Positions 54,201-63,882 of a DNA stretch of 64,000 nucleotides are shown one piece after another. Made by a program: the position numbers and the translations under genes. Below the pieces are notes generated by a model. That model ran no database searches, was not told the origin of the DNA, and saw nothing but the letters and a program-made list of their open reading frames with translations. How positions within the stretch are numbered: the stretch's first letter is position 1; each line of letters starts with the position of its first letter. The DNA comes from Pseudomonadota bacterium (GTDB lineage Bacteria > Myxococcota_A > Polyangia > Palsa-1104 > JAEUJZ01): positions 577-64,576 of the forward strand of contig DAOLIT010000028.1 in assembly GCA_035328405.1 (NCBI GenBank), written 5' to 3'.

Positions 54201-55304
54201 ACTCAGCAACGTATGCAAGGGTCGAATGCCCAGCGCCAAAAACCAGCGCCAGATTCGCGTAAAGAAGCCGGGCGCTCGCGTTCCCTTGGCTAACACCGGA
54301 TCAAACGGATTCCCAACCTCTTCATCCGATGCAAGAGAGAAGAAGTACACAGCCTGTACATCGGGCCGAACAGAGGTTACTGCACCCTCGACAAGTGCTG
54401 TGATAAATGCGCGCACAGGCGTCATCAATTCCTGTGCTGAATGCAGTATCTCAATGCTGGCTTCAAACGGACCCACCGGCATGGTCGTCAGTGCGCGCGG
54501 CAGGTGTTTCTCATATCCTTGCAGAGCGGCCCCCAAACTGCTCTGCGCGTCGCCACCGGCATCCAGAACGAGTGGAATTTTGTTTTTGTGCAAAAAGCGC
54601 GAAAATTCCGAATACCCCGAAATCCGTTCCATGTTCGTCAGGCATAAACGAGTATGAATCGGTGCCCCATAGATCTCTGTAAGCAGATTGATTTTTCCCC
54701 GAATCAGCTTGGCTTGTTGTCGCAAAACATCGGGACTCATTGTGGACAGCACAGAGACCTTGAGAACGATGAGTACCGTCGGGATTTGTGCGGACGGAAG
54801 CGACGTTTTCCACAACTTTCGGAAACCATCGTGCGCTTCTCTGCTGGCCGATTGAAGCAGTGTTGAGGAAACTTCGTGTATCACGCACCGACTACCCAAA
54901 TAAATCTGCAAAAGGGGGTCAGCCGTATAACTTGGGAGGAACTGACTGGCTTGGCTCTGCCAATCGACACGCCGACTGATGAGCGCACTCTTGCCAACAC
55001 CAGGATCACCAAAGACCAGAAAGTGATCATAGTCCGAGAGTGCGACGCGAACACTGGCAGGAAGGGGTGCAAGAAAGCGCTGCCATATGGACAGAAGCCG
55101 TTTGCGGTTTGCTTGGTTCACTGCTCCTTGGCTGGGTCGTTCCGTAGGTGAACGTTTTCGAAACAGACGGACAACCAGATAGATCCCCCCGATCACGAAG
55201 GAAACAAACAGGATGGCGAGCAGAATCAGCGCGACAGTGTTCGTCCCACGAACCATTCCATCCGCCAACCCTGATGACATTCCGAGCATGGCTATCCCAA
55301 CCAT
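51294..55304 (-). CDS. tssM: TssM / IcmF-family protein (second copy)
   Basis: Exact copy of 18964..22974. Confidence 0.9.
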   Translation of the reverse strand: MVGIAMLGMSSGLADGMVRGTNTVALILLAILFVSFVIGGIYLVVRLFRKRSPTERPSQGAVNQANRKRLLSIWQRFLAPLPASVRVALSDYDHFLVFGDPGVGKSALISRRVDWQSQASQFLPSYTADPLLQIYLGSRCVIHEVSSTLLQSASREAHDGFRKLWKTSLPSAQIPTVLIVLKVSVLSTMSPDVLRQQAKLIRGKINLLTEIYGAPIHTRLCLTNMERISGYSEFSRFLHKNKIPLVLDAGGDAQSSLGAALQGYEKHLPRALTTMPVGPFEASIEILHSAQELMTPVRAFITALVEGAVTSVRPDVQAVYFFSLASDEEVGNPFDPVLAKGTRAPGFFTRIWRWFLALGIRPLHTLLSLLLLFGGAFPIWYLTHRHAHKVKLATDATEAFERSVRRAQESLSSPRESDVVRRSEREAAQALDHFRQDEQRFRLFRLLARKEKADAEQSFVEGLRQGYLRPALESGVRQRARDKILYALAALYAAKGTALGTLLDTQRSDFSETLSLPVDLLTDYVANSPVAWKDKALLLLPPIPTESAKYPVTDLRPWQEYVQTIAHAILQPSISNEQLENLRKKTLNLRETIERVRRASVLRRVYQMLAEETPLDMNKLFGGDAGVLLPEPWLVDNLTNLELLLRLIEESSAQSGKHRHMSLYQLLRYVNALSSGEEKRTGVSAIRSTLPQEPTHFAFPNGKILEISEQGWLDLLLRSRKRWLLSHHIHHVHQGGHSHSHTSRETCCRCVSERKRKRGECVPCDDAGKSSRDRSCRPSRHSHDMPPFSHEELRPRIAHLLSTGELPADDLGDEYNRTVFDHEVLPLVRELRRAVAESKALGPEDKIRLTHLVRNEIEGYADKYCKGLSRYYLSYHFHIRGSGHSVEDVHTALLDIVKPGSRFVAHVQTVAENAALSGLDDPFLKPLAVCLAEFEPLVRVVNPDLLKRRREKPNPEVPQKEKVTEKETQKTDTPPKSAGKGNDTVGNGPGNATVEGSDEKPKGLEPYLSTIAKLAESLDAPWGSHSKGDGKNPDGKTGLADRLGPLGKSALLMSQPSGSGDGSPLSEAEKFLDKAGIVGAFRKPFMDPFLAVYRRGEKDIATTLSDHWNKEALPKLQTLLQRFPFHASAEREVAPSELDVLNESSGSFFQDVRSFYEPAIVLQDGLYRPRRSSLGALPLPSELLKTVNQIAKLSRVLFDAKGGRQPLRLTIRGVQGKRAQEGAGVQPSVAFLRVGKNTFYGLNQRTTADSVSIEWWNQGAALVGIESTSSKSGRRHTQTLEVADSAWSLFRLLQKSTVENDGESTWRIHDEGAGEVQVIRFVIAPDPWLLFRVTSP

Positions 55305-55370
55305 GTGGTTCTTCCCACCAAACCGTGCAAAGTACTCCTCCTGGAAATTCGACCCCGCTTTGCGTCACTA

Positions 55371-56846
55371 CTACAATACTTGTCGTTCTCTCTTTGTATG
55401 TTGGTTCTTCGTTCTGTCTTTTCCCTTTCCATTACCCCTATTGTTATTTTTGTCGTGGGACTTGAGTTTGGTTGTACCGCTGTCCTTTTTGCCGATGTCC
55501 TTCACATTCTGTGTTTCTGTTTCTTCAGCATCTTTCGGCTTTGGGTTTGCCGCGAGTGCCGTCAGCACGACTCTTTCCGTGAGGTCTTTGCTCCGATCAC
55601 AGGGAATGCGGAATTCTGCATATCCCTCCTTTCGGATAGACAGAACGTCCACGGATCTTGCATAGGTTCGCACTTGAAAAAGGGGTGTCTGTCCCAAGCT
55701 TTGTCCGATGGCGTCAAAGACCTCCGCGCCTTGCGGTTCGCTGTCGATGCTCCAACGTACTTGTTGTGGAGTAGAAGACTGTCCCGATAGCAGAAGCCGC
55801 ATCACGATCCCGATTCCCAGAAGTCCTACGAGCAAAAGCAAACCTGCTCCAATTGCGACCCCACGATTTTCCGAAAGTGGGCGCAAGAGCATCGAAAATC
55901 CCCCTTCTGCGTCTTGCCGAAGACCAAAGGTTGGATTCCCCATCGGAAGGGATGGAAGATGTGACGGACTTGTATCCAGAATAGGAATGAGACCTGTGAC
56001 TGATCCGCTCAAACGACCCAGGGTCGCAGCGATTTCTGCTGCACTTGGGCGGGAATCCGGCTGTTTGGCGAGCATTCTGTTGACGAGTCCCAAAAGCTCT
56101 GCGGGAAGACCTGGAACTTTGCTTTCAAGTGCAGGCGGCATTTGGCCGATGTGCGATGCCATCATCGCGCTGTCCGCCTTCATGGCTTCTACAAAGGGGT
56201 GTTCACCGGAAAGGGCCTCAAACAACATCACGCCAAGGGAATACACATCACTACGATCGGTAACTTCACGAGCATCTCTGCACAATTCGGGAGACATGTA
56301 TGCTGGCGTTCCCATCGACACCCCCATTCGTGTCAGGGGTTGTGCGGTTGCGCTTGTGGCGAGTTTTGCGATTCCAAAATCGAGGATTTTGGGCCGCTCA
56401 CCGTCTGGTCCATCGGTGTCTGCAACAATCAGTACGTTTCCGGGCTTGAGATCCCGATGCACAATTTTTTTGGCATGTGCGGCTTGGAGTCCTGATGCAA
56501 TTTGACGAAAGGTCTTCATGGCCTGCATCGGGTCCATTGAACCTCCCTTGGTCATCCGCTGCCGCAGGGTTTCTCCTTCCAGGTACTCCATCACAATGTA
56601 TGGAGCACCCTCCTCCGTCGTGCCAAAGTCATATACATTGACGACGCTGGGATGATTGATGATGTTTGCGGCTCGCGCTTCGTTGAAAAAGCGCTGTACA
56701 AATTCGGGATCTTGCTGAAGTTCTTTGGCCAATGTCTTGATCGCGGCACGTCGTTCGATTTGCGGATGGAATGCTTCATAGACAGAGCCCATTCCCCCTG
56801 TTCCGATCAATCGGACAATTTGATACGGACCAATCTGTTTCTCCAA
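55371..56846 (-). CDS. Hanks-type Ser/Thr kinase with PEGA-like domain (second copy)
   Basis: Exact copy of 23041..24516. Confidence 0.95.
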   Translation of the reverse strand: MEKQIGPYQIVRLIGTGGMGSVYEAFHPQIERRAAIKTLAKELQQDPEFVQRFFNEARAANIINHPSVVNVYDFGTTEEGAPYIVMEYLEGETLRQRMTKGGSMDPMQAMKTFRQIASGLQAAHAKKIVHRDLKPGNVLIVADTDGPDGERPKILDFGIAKLATSATAQPLTRMGVSMGTPAYMSPELCRDAREVTDRSDVYSLGVMLFEALSGEHPFVEAMKADSAMMASHIGQMPPALESKVPGLPAELLGLVNRMLAKQPDSRPSAAEIAATLGRLSGSVTGLIPILDTSPSHLPSLPMGNPTFGLRQDAEGGFSMLLRPLSENRGVAIGAGLLLLVGLLGIGIVMRLLLSGQSSTPQQVRWSIDSEPQGAEVFDAIGQSLGQTPLFQVRTYARSVDVLSIRKEGYAEFRIPCDRSKDLTERVVLTALAANPKPKDAEETETQNVKDIGKKDSGTTKLKSHDKNNNRGNGKGKDRTKNQHTKRERQVL

Positions 56847-56886
56847 AATGACTAGTCTCCTTGATCAAGCTACATGTTGGGAACAC

Positions 56887-57828
56887 TCAACGAGGGAATC
56901 GTCTCCTGTGCTTTCTCTTGCCGGAAGGAGGAGGTTCAACTTCAGGGGAATCTGTCAACGGCGACGGTGGTGGCTCTACGACTGGAACATGAGGGGGAAT
57001 GTAGAGTGGAAGGATCGGGACGACTGATGGCACCTGTCTTTTCGCAGGGGCAGCGGTGTCTTCCTGTTTGGCTTGCAGAAACAGAGGTTGCAAACTGGGC
57101 AATGGTTTCACAGGTTCTGAACTCTGTTCCAACACCGACTTCGAGGGCCTGCGAAATGAGAAGGAGAACGTCGGCACACCCATAAGGAGAGCAGCGCTTC
57201 CACCCGCTACGAGACCAATTCCTAACGAGCGCGTTGAGTACACCTGTTCACAGACCAGAGCAGGGGCTATTGCATCGCGCGTACATGTTCCGTTAAGTCC
57301 CAACATACCACCCCCAATGCCGATTGCACCAAGGCCTAGGAGACCCGTCGTCACACCAAGGGGGCGCAACCAAATTGGCATCGGTTTCTCTTTGGCAACG
57401 TACAAGAGTTTCGTTTTCTCGATCACCTGCGGAGCATTCGCAAGCCGTTCCTTTTCACGCGCTTCCACAAGGAGTGCATCGAGTTCTGCGGCTGTCTCGG
57501 GAGTCATTCCCGGATGTACCTTCCGGTACAATTCGAGGTACACATGAGCCTCGCTCCACTTTCCAAGTTTGCGGTACGCTTGACCTATGTTGTACAGCAG
57601 CGCCGGAAGAGGGCGCACCGCATACGCCGCTTGCAAAAAGGGGATTGCAGCTTGGTAGTCTCCACTGCTGTACGCTTTGCGTGCGGCCTCATACGCCGAT
57701 GCAAAGCCTTCCCCCTTCGCCGCTAGGTCTTCCTCCTGTGCCGCGCAGTGTGCCTGCGGGATTTCGCAAAGAGAGAACACAAACACTGTCGTCTGTACAA
57801 TGTGTGCAAGAGGACTCTTCGTGGACAT
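56887..57828 (-). CDS. TPR-repeat membrane protein (second copy)
   Basis: Exact copy of 24557..25498. Confidence 0.7.
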   Translation of the reverse strand: MSTKSPLAHIVQTTVFVFSLCEIPQAHCAAQEEDLAAKGEGFASAYEAARKAYSSGDYQAAIPFLQAAYAVRPLPALLYNIGQAYRKLGKWSEAHVYLELYRKVHPGMTPETAAELDALLVEAREKERLANAPQVIEKTKLLYVAKEKPMPIWLRPLGVTTGLLGLGAIGIGGGMLGLNGTCTRDAIAPALVCEQVYSTRSLGIGLVAGGSAALLMGVPTFSFSFRRPSKSVLEQSSEPVKPLPSLQPLFLQAKQEDTAAPAKRQVPSVVPILPLYIPPHVPVVEPPPSPLTDSPEVEPPPSGKRKHRRRFPR

Positions 57829-57832
57829 CGTA

Positions 57833-59320
57833 TTACTTCCACAAATCCACTTGTACCTTCCCATCCGTCGTTGCTTCGGAATCCCTTCTTCGTCCTCCCT
57901 TTCCAGGTTTGGGTCCCTTTCCGCTTGTCTTTTTGTGGTCTATTGTCCCGCCGGAAGGAACCTTGTGTGAATCGTTTTTTACATCCAAATGTTCTGGTTC
58001 TATAACCGATTGGCTCAGATCAGGCAGGACCAGTGGAAAGGGCTTTTCCGATGGATTAGTAGTCGTTTGAGGGCTCGGAAGAGGAGGTTGACTTTTCTTT
58101 TGGGCGAAGAAAAACCCCGCAAGAACCACAAGAACTGCAAGCATGATCAACAGAAGTGATGGCGTTGTACGTTCTCTCTGGGCAGAGCCGGTCTGAATCA
58201 ATTCGCCACGCTTGCTTGCCCGATTTCCCGTCGTCAATTGAGATTCAAGGAGGCCGACTGGTTCCGTTACTTTTCGTTGTTGGTTGGTGTAGCCAAGGCA
58301 AGGGCGTTCGGAAATGGAGCCATCCGAAAGACCCGTTTGGGGGATGGTGGTCAGCGCGTCCACAAGCTCGGCCATCGACGGGCGATTTGCAGGTTGTTTG
58401 TCCAGCAAACGATGAACGAGTGCGTCGAGAGATTCAACGACATGGGGAACTCTGTCCTTCAAACGAGGCGGAGTGCCAAACATCTGCAACGCAAACAGTT
58501 CACCAGCAGAGTCCGATACAAAAGGGGGTTCACCATACAAGAGTTCATACAGAATGATTCCAATGGAATAGACATCCGTTTTTTCATCAGGAGGGGAAGA
58601 CGCACGACATTGTTCAGGGGACATGTACATGGGTGTGCCAAGGAGTGTCCCCGTTCGCGTTGCTGCGTTCCCATCGGGACGTGTCCCCTCGTCGGGTAGA
58701 AGCTTTGCGATCCCAAAGTCTAGGATTTTCGCTCTTTTCCCGCACGTTGCATCCAGGTCCTGCACCAGAATCACATTCTCCGGCTTCAAATCACGGTGGA
58801 TGATTCTTTTTGCGTGTGCCGCAGCCAGTGCAGAGGCCATCTGCGACACGATCTCTGTGGCACTGGTTCCTAAGTATGCTTCATCCTGAGCTTGTCTAAG
58901 CGACCTCCCGTCGAGATACTCCATCGCGATGAACGCTTCCCCCAGATCTGTTTTTCCGTGCTCCAAAATGCGCACGAGGGACGGATGCTGCACCATTCCG
59001 GTCGCTTTTGCCTCCAGGAAGAAACGATTCACGGCCTCCGGGCGACTGCTCAATTCAGGAAGCAGAACTTTGATTGCGGCTCTCTGTTGGTTGTCTGTGT
59101 CCAGGGCTTCGTAAACGGCTCCCATTCCCCCTTGTGCGATTTTTCGCACGACTCGATATCGACCCACCAACGATCCAATCACTGGGTCAGGAGGCTGGTT
59201 TGTGGGGGTGTTGCTGTCCACGTCGTGCCGTACCTCTTCGGCCCAATTCAGGGGACCGACCTTTGGCGGAAGCGAGAAAGAGCAAGCCCGGTGCCAAACA
59301 ACCGCTGCGGTCTTATGCAC
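57833..59320 (-). CDS. Hanks-type Ser/Thr kinase (second copy)
   Basis: Exact copy of 25503..26990, with the same start-codon caveat. Confidence 0.9.
   Translation of the reverse strand: MHKTAAVVWHRACSFSLPPKVGPLNWAEEVRHDVDSNTPTNQPPDPVIGSLVGRYRVVRKIAQGGMGAVYEALDTDNQQRAAIKVLLPELSSRPEAVNRFFLEAKATGMVQHPSLVRILEHGKTDLGEAFIAMEYLDGRSLRQAQDEAYLGTSATEIVSQMASALAAAHAKRIIHRDLKPENVILVQDLDATCGKRAKILDFGIAKLLPDEGTRPDGNAATRTGTLLGTPMYMSPEQCRASSPPDEKTDVYSIGIILYELLYGEPPFVSDSAGELFALQMFGTPPRLKDRVPHVVESLDALVHRLLDKQPANRPSMAELVDALTTIPQTGLSDGSISERPCLGYTNQQRKVTEPVGLLESQLTTGNRASKRGELIQTGSAQRERTTPSLLLIMLAVLVVLAGFFFAQKKSQPPLPSPQTTTNPSEKPFPLVLPDLSQSVIEPEHLDVKNDSHKVPSGGTIDHKKTSGKGPKPGKGGRRRDSEATTDGKVQVDLWK
59281..59297 (-). 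promoter_or_regulatory. Candidate sigma-54 promoter TTGGCAC-N5-TTGCT (second copy)
   Basis: Exact copy of 26951..26967. Confidence 0.65.
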
Positions 59321-59379
59321 ATCGAGGCAGGTTCAGGTTGCGACCTGCCTCTGGGCATTCCCAACGCCCACATTTCGAG

Positions 59380-59425
59380 TGTGCGCTCGATGTTGTGCGC
59401 ACAGTGTGCGCGCATTGTGCGCACA
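59380..59425. promoter_or_regulatory. 11-bp-phased TGTGCGCACA palindrome array (second copy)
   Basis: Exact copy of 27050..27095. Confidence 0.65.
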
Positions 59426-59620
59426 CTGGTTGGGGGGAGGTGCTCATGAAGAAAGTGAGGTCTTTTTCCGGGCAATTCGCGTTTGCGAAACCATCGAACG
59501 TGGGGCGGCTGGGCGTGAAGATCCAACAGAAGTCAGGCCTTGCATCGCGTAGAGCAATACGTCACACTGACGCACCACGTCCAGTGTCATGGACGGCTTT
59601 GAATCGGTAACAAGGCTTTC

Positions 59621-59636
59621 CGGCATGTTGGTTGCT
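59621..59636 (+). promoter_or_regulatory. Candidate sigma-54 promoter upstream of the regulator gene (second copy)
   Basis: Exact copy of 27291..27306. Confidence 0.55.
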
Positions 59637-59709
59637 TCTGGTTGAAGCTCGGTAGTTTTCTGCCTATTCATGGCTGTCTAGGCACCGATTTCAAGCGTAG
59701 GAGACCGCA

Positions 59710-61308
59710 TTGAGTAGTGAGCACCGTACTTGTGCCCCATCCGCCATCACGGGACCCGAGTTACCCATGGATACTGAGCACTCTCAACGAGCAGAATGCC
59801 TGGCTCTGGTGATTGCATGGTCCGCACGCGAACCCCATCGCGTTGGAGAAACCGGTTTGCTCTACCCCGAGAAACCGGAGCACATCTTGGGACGAGACCC
59901 GACGAACTTGTTAGAAAATTCGGGGGCAATAGCTAGACTCCCTTTGGGTTCTGGGATCACCCCTAACGGCGAACTCCTTCCTGAAGCAGACATGCAGGGA
60001 GAACCCGTGGTTTTCTTTCGCCAACGACCACAGGGTCTGGGCTTCAGCTCAGAGACTGAAAGGGGTAGCAGTATCCTGCACGGAGAGTCTCTTTCCCGGA
60101 GACAGCTCGCCATCCGTGTTGGAACTGACTCTCTGTTGGTTCGCAACATTGGTCGCTGTCGTTTGTCTGTGAATGGCCAAGTCGTGCGAGAAGCAATCGT
60201 TCGTTCGGGAGACACCCTTTATCTTAGGAATCAACTTCTCCTGTATTGTACGTATCGTCCCCTTATCGCTCCTGGGCTGAAAGCATACCCTGTGGATCGT
60301 GTTCCCCCTTTTGGCGAGCCCGATCGAGATGGAATGATCGGGGAGAGTCCAATCATGTGGAAACTCCGCGATCGGATCGCTGCGTGTGCGCGTACAAGTT
60401 ATCACGTCCTGGTCGTGGGGGAGAGTGGTTGCGGCAAGGAGTTGGCAGCCCAAGCGATCCATTCGCTGTCGAATCGCGCGCATCGGAAACTTGTGGCAGA
60501 CAACATCGCCGCGATTCCTCCCAGCTTGGCTTCTGCGCTTCTGTTTGGAAACAAAAAAAACTTTCCCAACCCTGGCATGGAGGAACGTGCGGGGTTGCTT
60601 GGATCGGCACATGGGTCTTCTCTGTTTCTCGATGAAATCGGAGACATGCCCGAGGAAGTCCAGCCGTTGTTTCTTCGCGTAACAGAGCACAATGGGGAGT
60701 ACTTTCGTTTGGGAGAGGAGAATAGACTTCAGCAGTCAGACTTCCGTCTGATTGGAGCCACGAATCGACCCGAACAGATGCGGTATGAACTCAAGCGTCG
60801 TTTTCAACGCGAAATCCGCGTTCCAGGGGTTAATTCTCGCAAAGAAGATATCCCCTTATTGATACGCCATTTGCTGAAACAGCAGGCTGAAGCCGACGAC
60901 GTGGATGCTTCCAGATTCATCGTAAATGGATATCCAATGGTTCATCCACAACTCGTCGAGCAACTTATCCATCACAATTATAAAACACATGTCTCTGAGG
61001 TGATGTTTTTGCTCGGTCAAGCGATGTCGGAAAGTGACCACGACATCATTATGCCGCTTGGGTCAGGAATTAAACCAGAAACAGCCGCACGGCCTGCTCG
61101 GATCGATTCGGCAAAACGCTCATCTCCGCGTCCTCTTCCGTCGATAGATGAAGTGAGGCGTGCTTTAGATGAGCAAAAGTGGCACATCACGCGCACGGCC
61201 AATGCACTGGATATTTCGCGTGATCAACTCAACCGATTGATACGAAAAGAAGGCCTTCAAGTTGATCGAGGCAAGCAATCTATGCGCAGTTTCATTGAGG
61301 GAAAATAA
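59710..61308 (+). CDS. FHA-like/AAA+/HTH enhancer-binding-protein homologue (second copy)
   Basis: Exact copy of 27380..28978. Confidence 0.88.
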   Translation: MSSEHRTCAPSAITGPELPMDTEHSQRAECLALVIAWSAREPHRVGETGLLYPEKPEHILGRDPTNLLENSGAIARLPLGSGITPNGELLPEADMQGEPVVFFRQRPQGLGFSSETERGSSILHGESLSRRQLAIRVGTDSLLVRNIGRCRLSVNGQVVREAIVRSGDTLYLRNQLLLYCTYRPLIAPGLKAYPVDRVPPFGEPDRDGMIGESPIMWKLRDRIAACARTSYHVLVVGESGCGKELAAQAIHSLSNRAHRKLVADNIAAIPPSLASALLFGNKKNFPNPGMEERAGLLGSAHGSSLFLDEIGDMPEEVQPLFLRVTEHNGEYFRLGEENRLQQSDFRLIGATNRPEQMRYELKRRFQREIRVPGVNSRKEDIPLLIRHLLKQQAEADDVDASRFIVNGYPMVHPQLVEQLIHHNYKTHVSEVMFLLGQAMSESDHDIIMPLGSGIKPETAARPARIDSAKRSSPRPLPSIDEVRRALDEQKWHITRTANALDISRDQLNRLIRKEGLQVDRGKQSMRSFIEGK

Positions 61309-61377
61309 CATAGATACATGTGACTTTTCATTGGCTTTTAATCCAACAGAATCACATGGCTGTAATATCGGTGGTTC

Positions 61378-63882
61378 ATGCGAAAACTTCTTTGTATTCT
61401 AGCAATTATATCGCCAGGATGTGACCTGTTTATCACATCAAATCCTGCAAATTGCGTATTATCCGAAACAAACTGCCAGACTGGATATCAGTGCAATCGG
61501 GTCAGCCAGCGTTGCGAAAAAATTGCGGATTGCATCGAAGATCCGTTCTCGTGTTCTCCCACCGAAACCTGCGATGCCACTGCTCGGATTTGTATTCCCA
61601 AGCACTGTGGAACAGATCCATCCATCTGTTCGCAAGACCAAGCCTGCGATGGCGCAACTGGACAGTGCATGACGCGCGCCTTCGTACTGGGACAGATCGA
61701 TACGGTCATGAACGCGAGTTTGGCGTATGGATTGACAAACCCCTATTCCGTGCTCTTCGTTCCCGATGTGAGCAATCCTTTGCGAACGAAGTTGATTGTC
61801 GCAGACTCTGGGAACCGGCGTGTGTTGATCTGGAACGACGTTCCCACGAGCAATCGCCCAGCCGATGCCGTGTTGGGACAACCCGATGTGTACACATCCA
61901 GTAGCGGCCCCTATGGTGGTGTCAACGAAGGAAGTCTTGGGTGGCCGGTATCTGTGTCAACAGACGGAACCCAACTTGCAGTCAGCGATGGGCAGGCGTA
62001 TCGCGTGCTGTTTTGGGGTCAAATTCCCATGCAAGCTCCCACGCGCGGTCCCATTCCTGCGGTTCGCATTTGGGGGCAGAGCAATTTTCAAAACGCCTCG
62101 CCCAATGCTGGTTCCCCTGATCCAAGTCCGCGTGGGATCACACTTCCATTTGCAGCCTTTGGTCCGACTGGAAGATTCTTTGTTTCGGACTATCACAACG
62201 CGCGTCTCTTGGGATTTACGACGCCTCCTGCCGGTGGACAGACATCGGCTTCGTTTGTAGCCGGACAGACTGACTTTGTGAGTAACATTCCAAGTCCAAC
62301 AGACTCAGGAATGAATCATCCTCGAGGTCTTTCCACAGATGGAACTCAGCTGTTTGTTCCTGATTCTGGATACCACCGAATCCAGGTGTTTGATAATGCG
62401 ATGTTCGCAAACGGGGCGAAGGCGACCGCCGTGATTGGGCAATCGAATTTCACCGCAATCAGTCCGAACGCGGGTGGCCCCCTCTCTGCGACCACACTGT
62501 ATACTCCGTCAGGCGCTGCGGTTGCACCATCCACCCCTCGCTTTCTGTTTGTCGCAGATTTTTCAAACAATCGCGTCGTTCGATATCCGATCACGACGGT
62601 TCCTATGTTTGGCCTTGCGGCGGATCTGGTGTTGGGACAACCCAACATGACCAGCGGAAGTCCCAACCAAGGGGGGCCGGCAACCGCAGCCACCATGAAC
62701 CGTCCTATTGGTGTTGCCACCGACGGGAAGAGACTTGCCGTTGCAGACTATTCAAATCATCGCGTTCTTCTGTGGAACACGTTGCCGACCGTTTCAGGGG
62801 CCAATGCAGATGTGATTTTGGGACAACCCAATGCAGGATCTGTCTTACCGAACGTCGCCCCCGCTCGCGGCCCTTTGCAGTTTGTGGGACCGCAAGGAGT
62901 CGATACCGATGGAGAACGTCTGGCGCTCGCAGACACCACAAACCATCGCATACTCCTTTGGAAGAAAATTCCGGTCGATGGAACGCAACCTCCTGATCTG
63001 GTGTTGGGACAAACAGACTTTCAACAGAGTACCCAGAACGGTGGAACAGGGGCGGTTTCTGGATCGGGATTGTCCAGTCCGAACTGGATCTCTTTATTCA
63101 ATGGGAGACTCGCTGTTGCTGATTCAGGCAACAACCGGATTCTGATCTGGAATGTGTTTCCCACTCAAAACAATCAGCCTGCGGACATTTGTTTGGGACA
63201 GACGAGCTGTACATCGGCATTGGCATCCGCAGGTACCTCTGGATTCCGTGTGCCCAGCGGACTCTCTTGGATGGGAGAACAGCTCATTGTGTCTGACACC
63301 GGAAACCACAGGGTCCTGTTGTTTCCGTCTCCTGTGACCCAGGGATCGAGCGCCAAGATCGTGTTGGGACAAGCGGATTTTGTGACGGTCACAGCGAACA
63401 GCGGCGGCTTGTCTGCCAAGTCTCTGTATAGCCCTCGCGGTGTCACCACATATGACGGAAAACTTCTGGTGGCAGATCGCGCCAACCATCGCGTTTTGGT
63501 GTGGAACGCCATTCCCACCGCAAGCGGCATTCCGGGAAACAGCGTTCTGTGTCAGATTGATTTTGTCACCAGCTACACAAGACCCGATCAACACCTTTGT
63601 GAAGCCCCTCTAGGAGTGATCGTCAATCAAGGACGTATCTATGTGTCAAGTGGAGGACAAAGCCGAATTCTGTATTGGAATGCGTTTCCGTCAGAAAATG
63701 GCATTCCTGCGGATGGTGTATTAGGGCAGACCAGTTTTCTCGGTTCCGCTCCCAACAGTGCAGCACTCCCCTCTATTGAACGGCTGTCCGTTCCAACACA
63801 AATCGCCGCGTTTGACCATCAGCTTTTTGTTGCAGACCAAGAGTACAACAGAATCGTTATACGACCATTGCCTAGTCTTTAA
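61378..63882 (+). CDS. 12-repeat NHL-type beta-propeller lipoprotein (second copy)
   Basis: Exact copy of 29048..31552. Confidence 0.85.
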   Translation: MRKLLCILAIISPGCDLFITSNPANCVLSETNCQTGYQCNRVSQRCEKIADCIEDPFSCSPTETCDATARICIPKHCGTDPSICSQDQACDGATGQCMTRAFVLGQIDTVMNASLAYGLTNPYSVLFVPDVSNPLRTKLIVADSGNRRVLIWNDVPTSNRPADAVLGQPDVYTSSSGPYGGVNEGSLGWPVSVSTDGTQLAVSDGQAYRVLFWGQIPMQAPTRGPIPAVRIWGQSNFQNASPNAGSPDPSPRGITLPFAAFGPTGRFFVSDYHNARLLGFTTPPAGGQTSASFVAGQTDFVSNIPSPTDSGMNHPRGLSTDGTQLFVPDSGYHRIQVFDNAMFANGAKATAVIGQSNFTAISPNAGGPLSATTLYTPSGAAVAPSTPRFLFVADFSNNRVVRYPITTVPMFGLAADLVLGQPNMTSGSPNQGGPATAATMNRPIGVATDGKRLAVADYSNHRVLLWNTLPTVSGANADVILGQPNAGSVLPNVAPARGPLQFVGPQGVDTDGERLALADTTNHRILLWKKIPVDGTQPPDLVLGQTDFQQSTQNGGTGAVSGSGLSSPNWISLFNGRLAVADSGNNRILIWNVFPTQNNQPADICLGQTSCTSALASAGTSGFRVPSGLSWMGEQLIVSDTGNHRVLLFPSPVTQGSSAKIVLGQADFVTVTANSGGLSAKSLYSPRGVTTYDGKLLVADRANHRVLVWNAIPTASGIPGNSVLCQIDFVTSYTRPDQHLCEAPLGVIVNQGRIYVSSGGQSRILYWNAFPSENGIPADGVLGQTSFLGSAPNSAALPSIERLSVPTQIAAFDHQLFVADQEYNRIVIRPLPSL

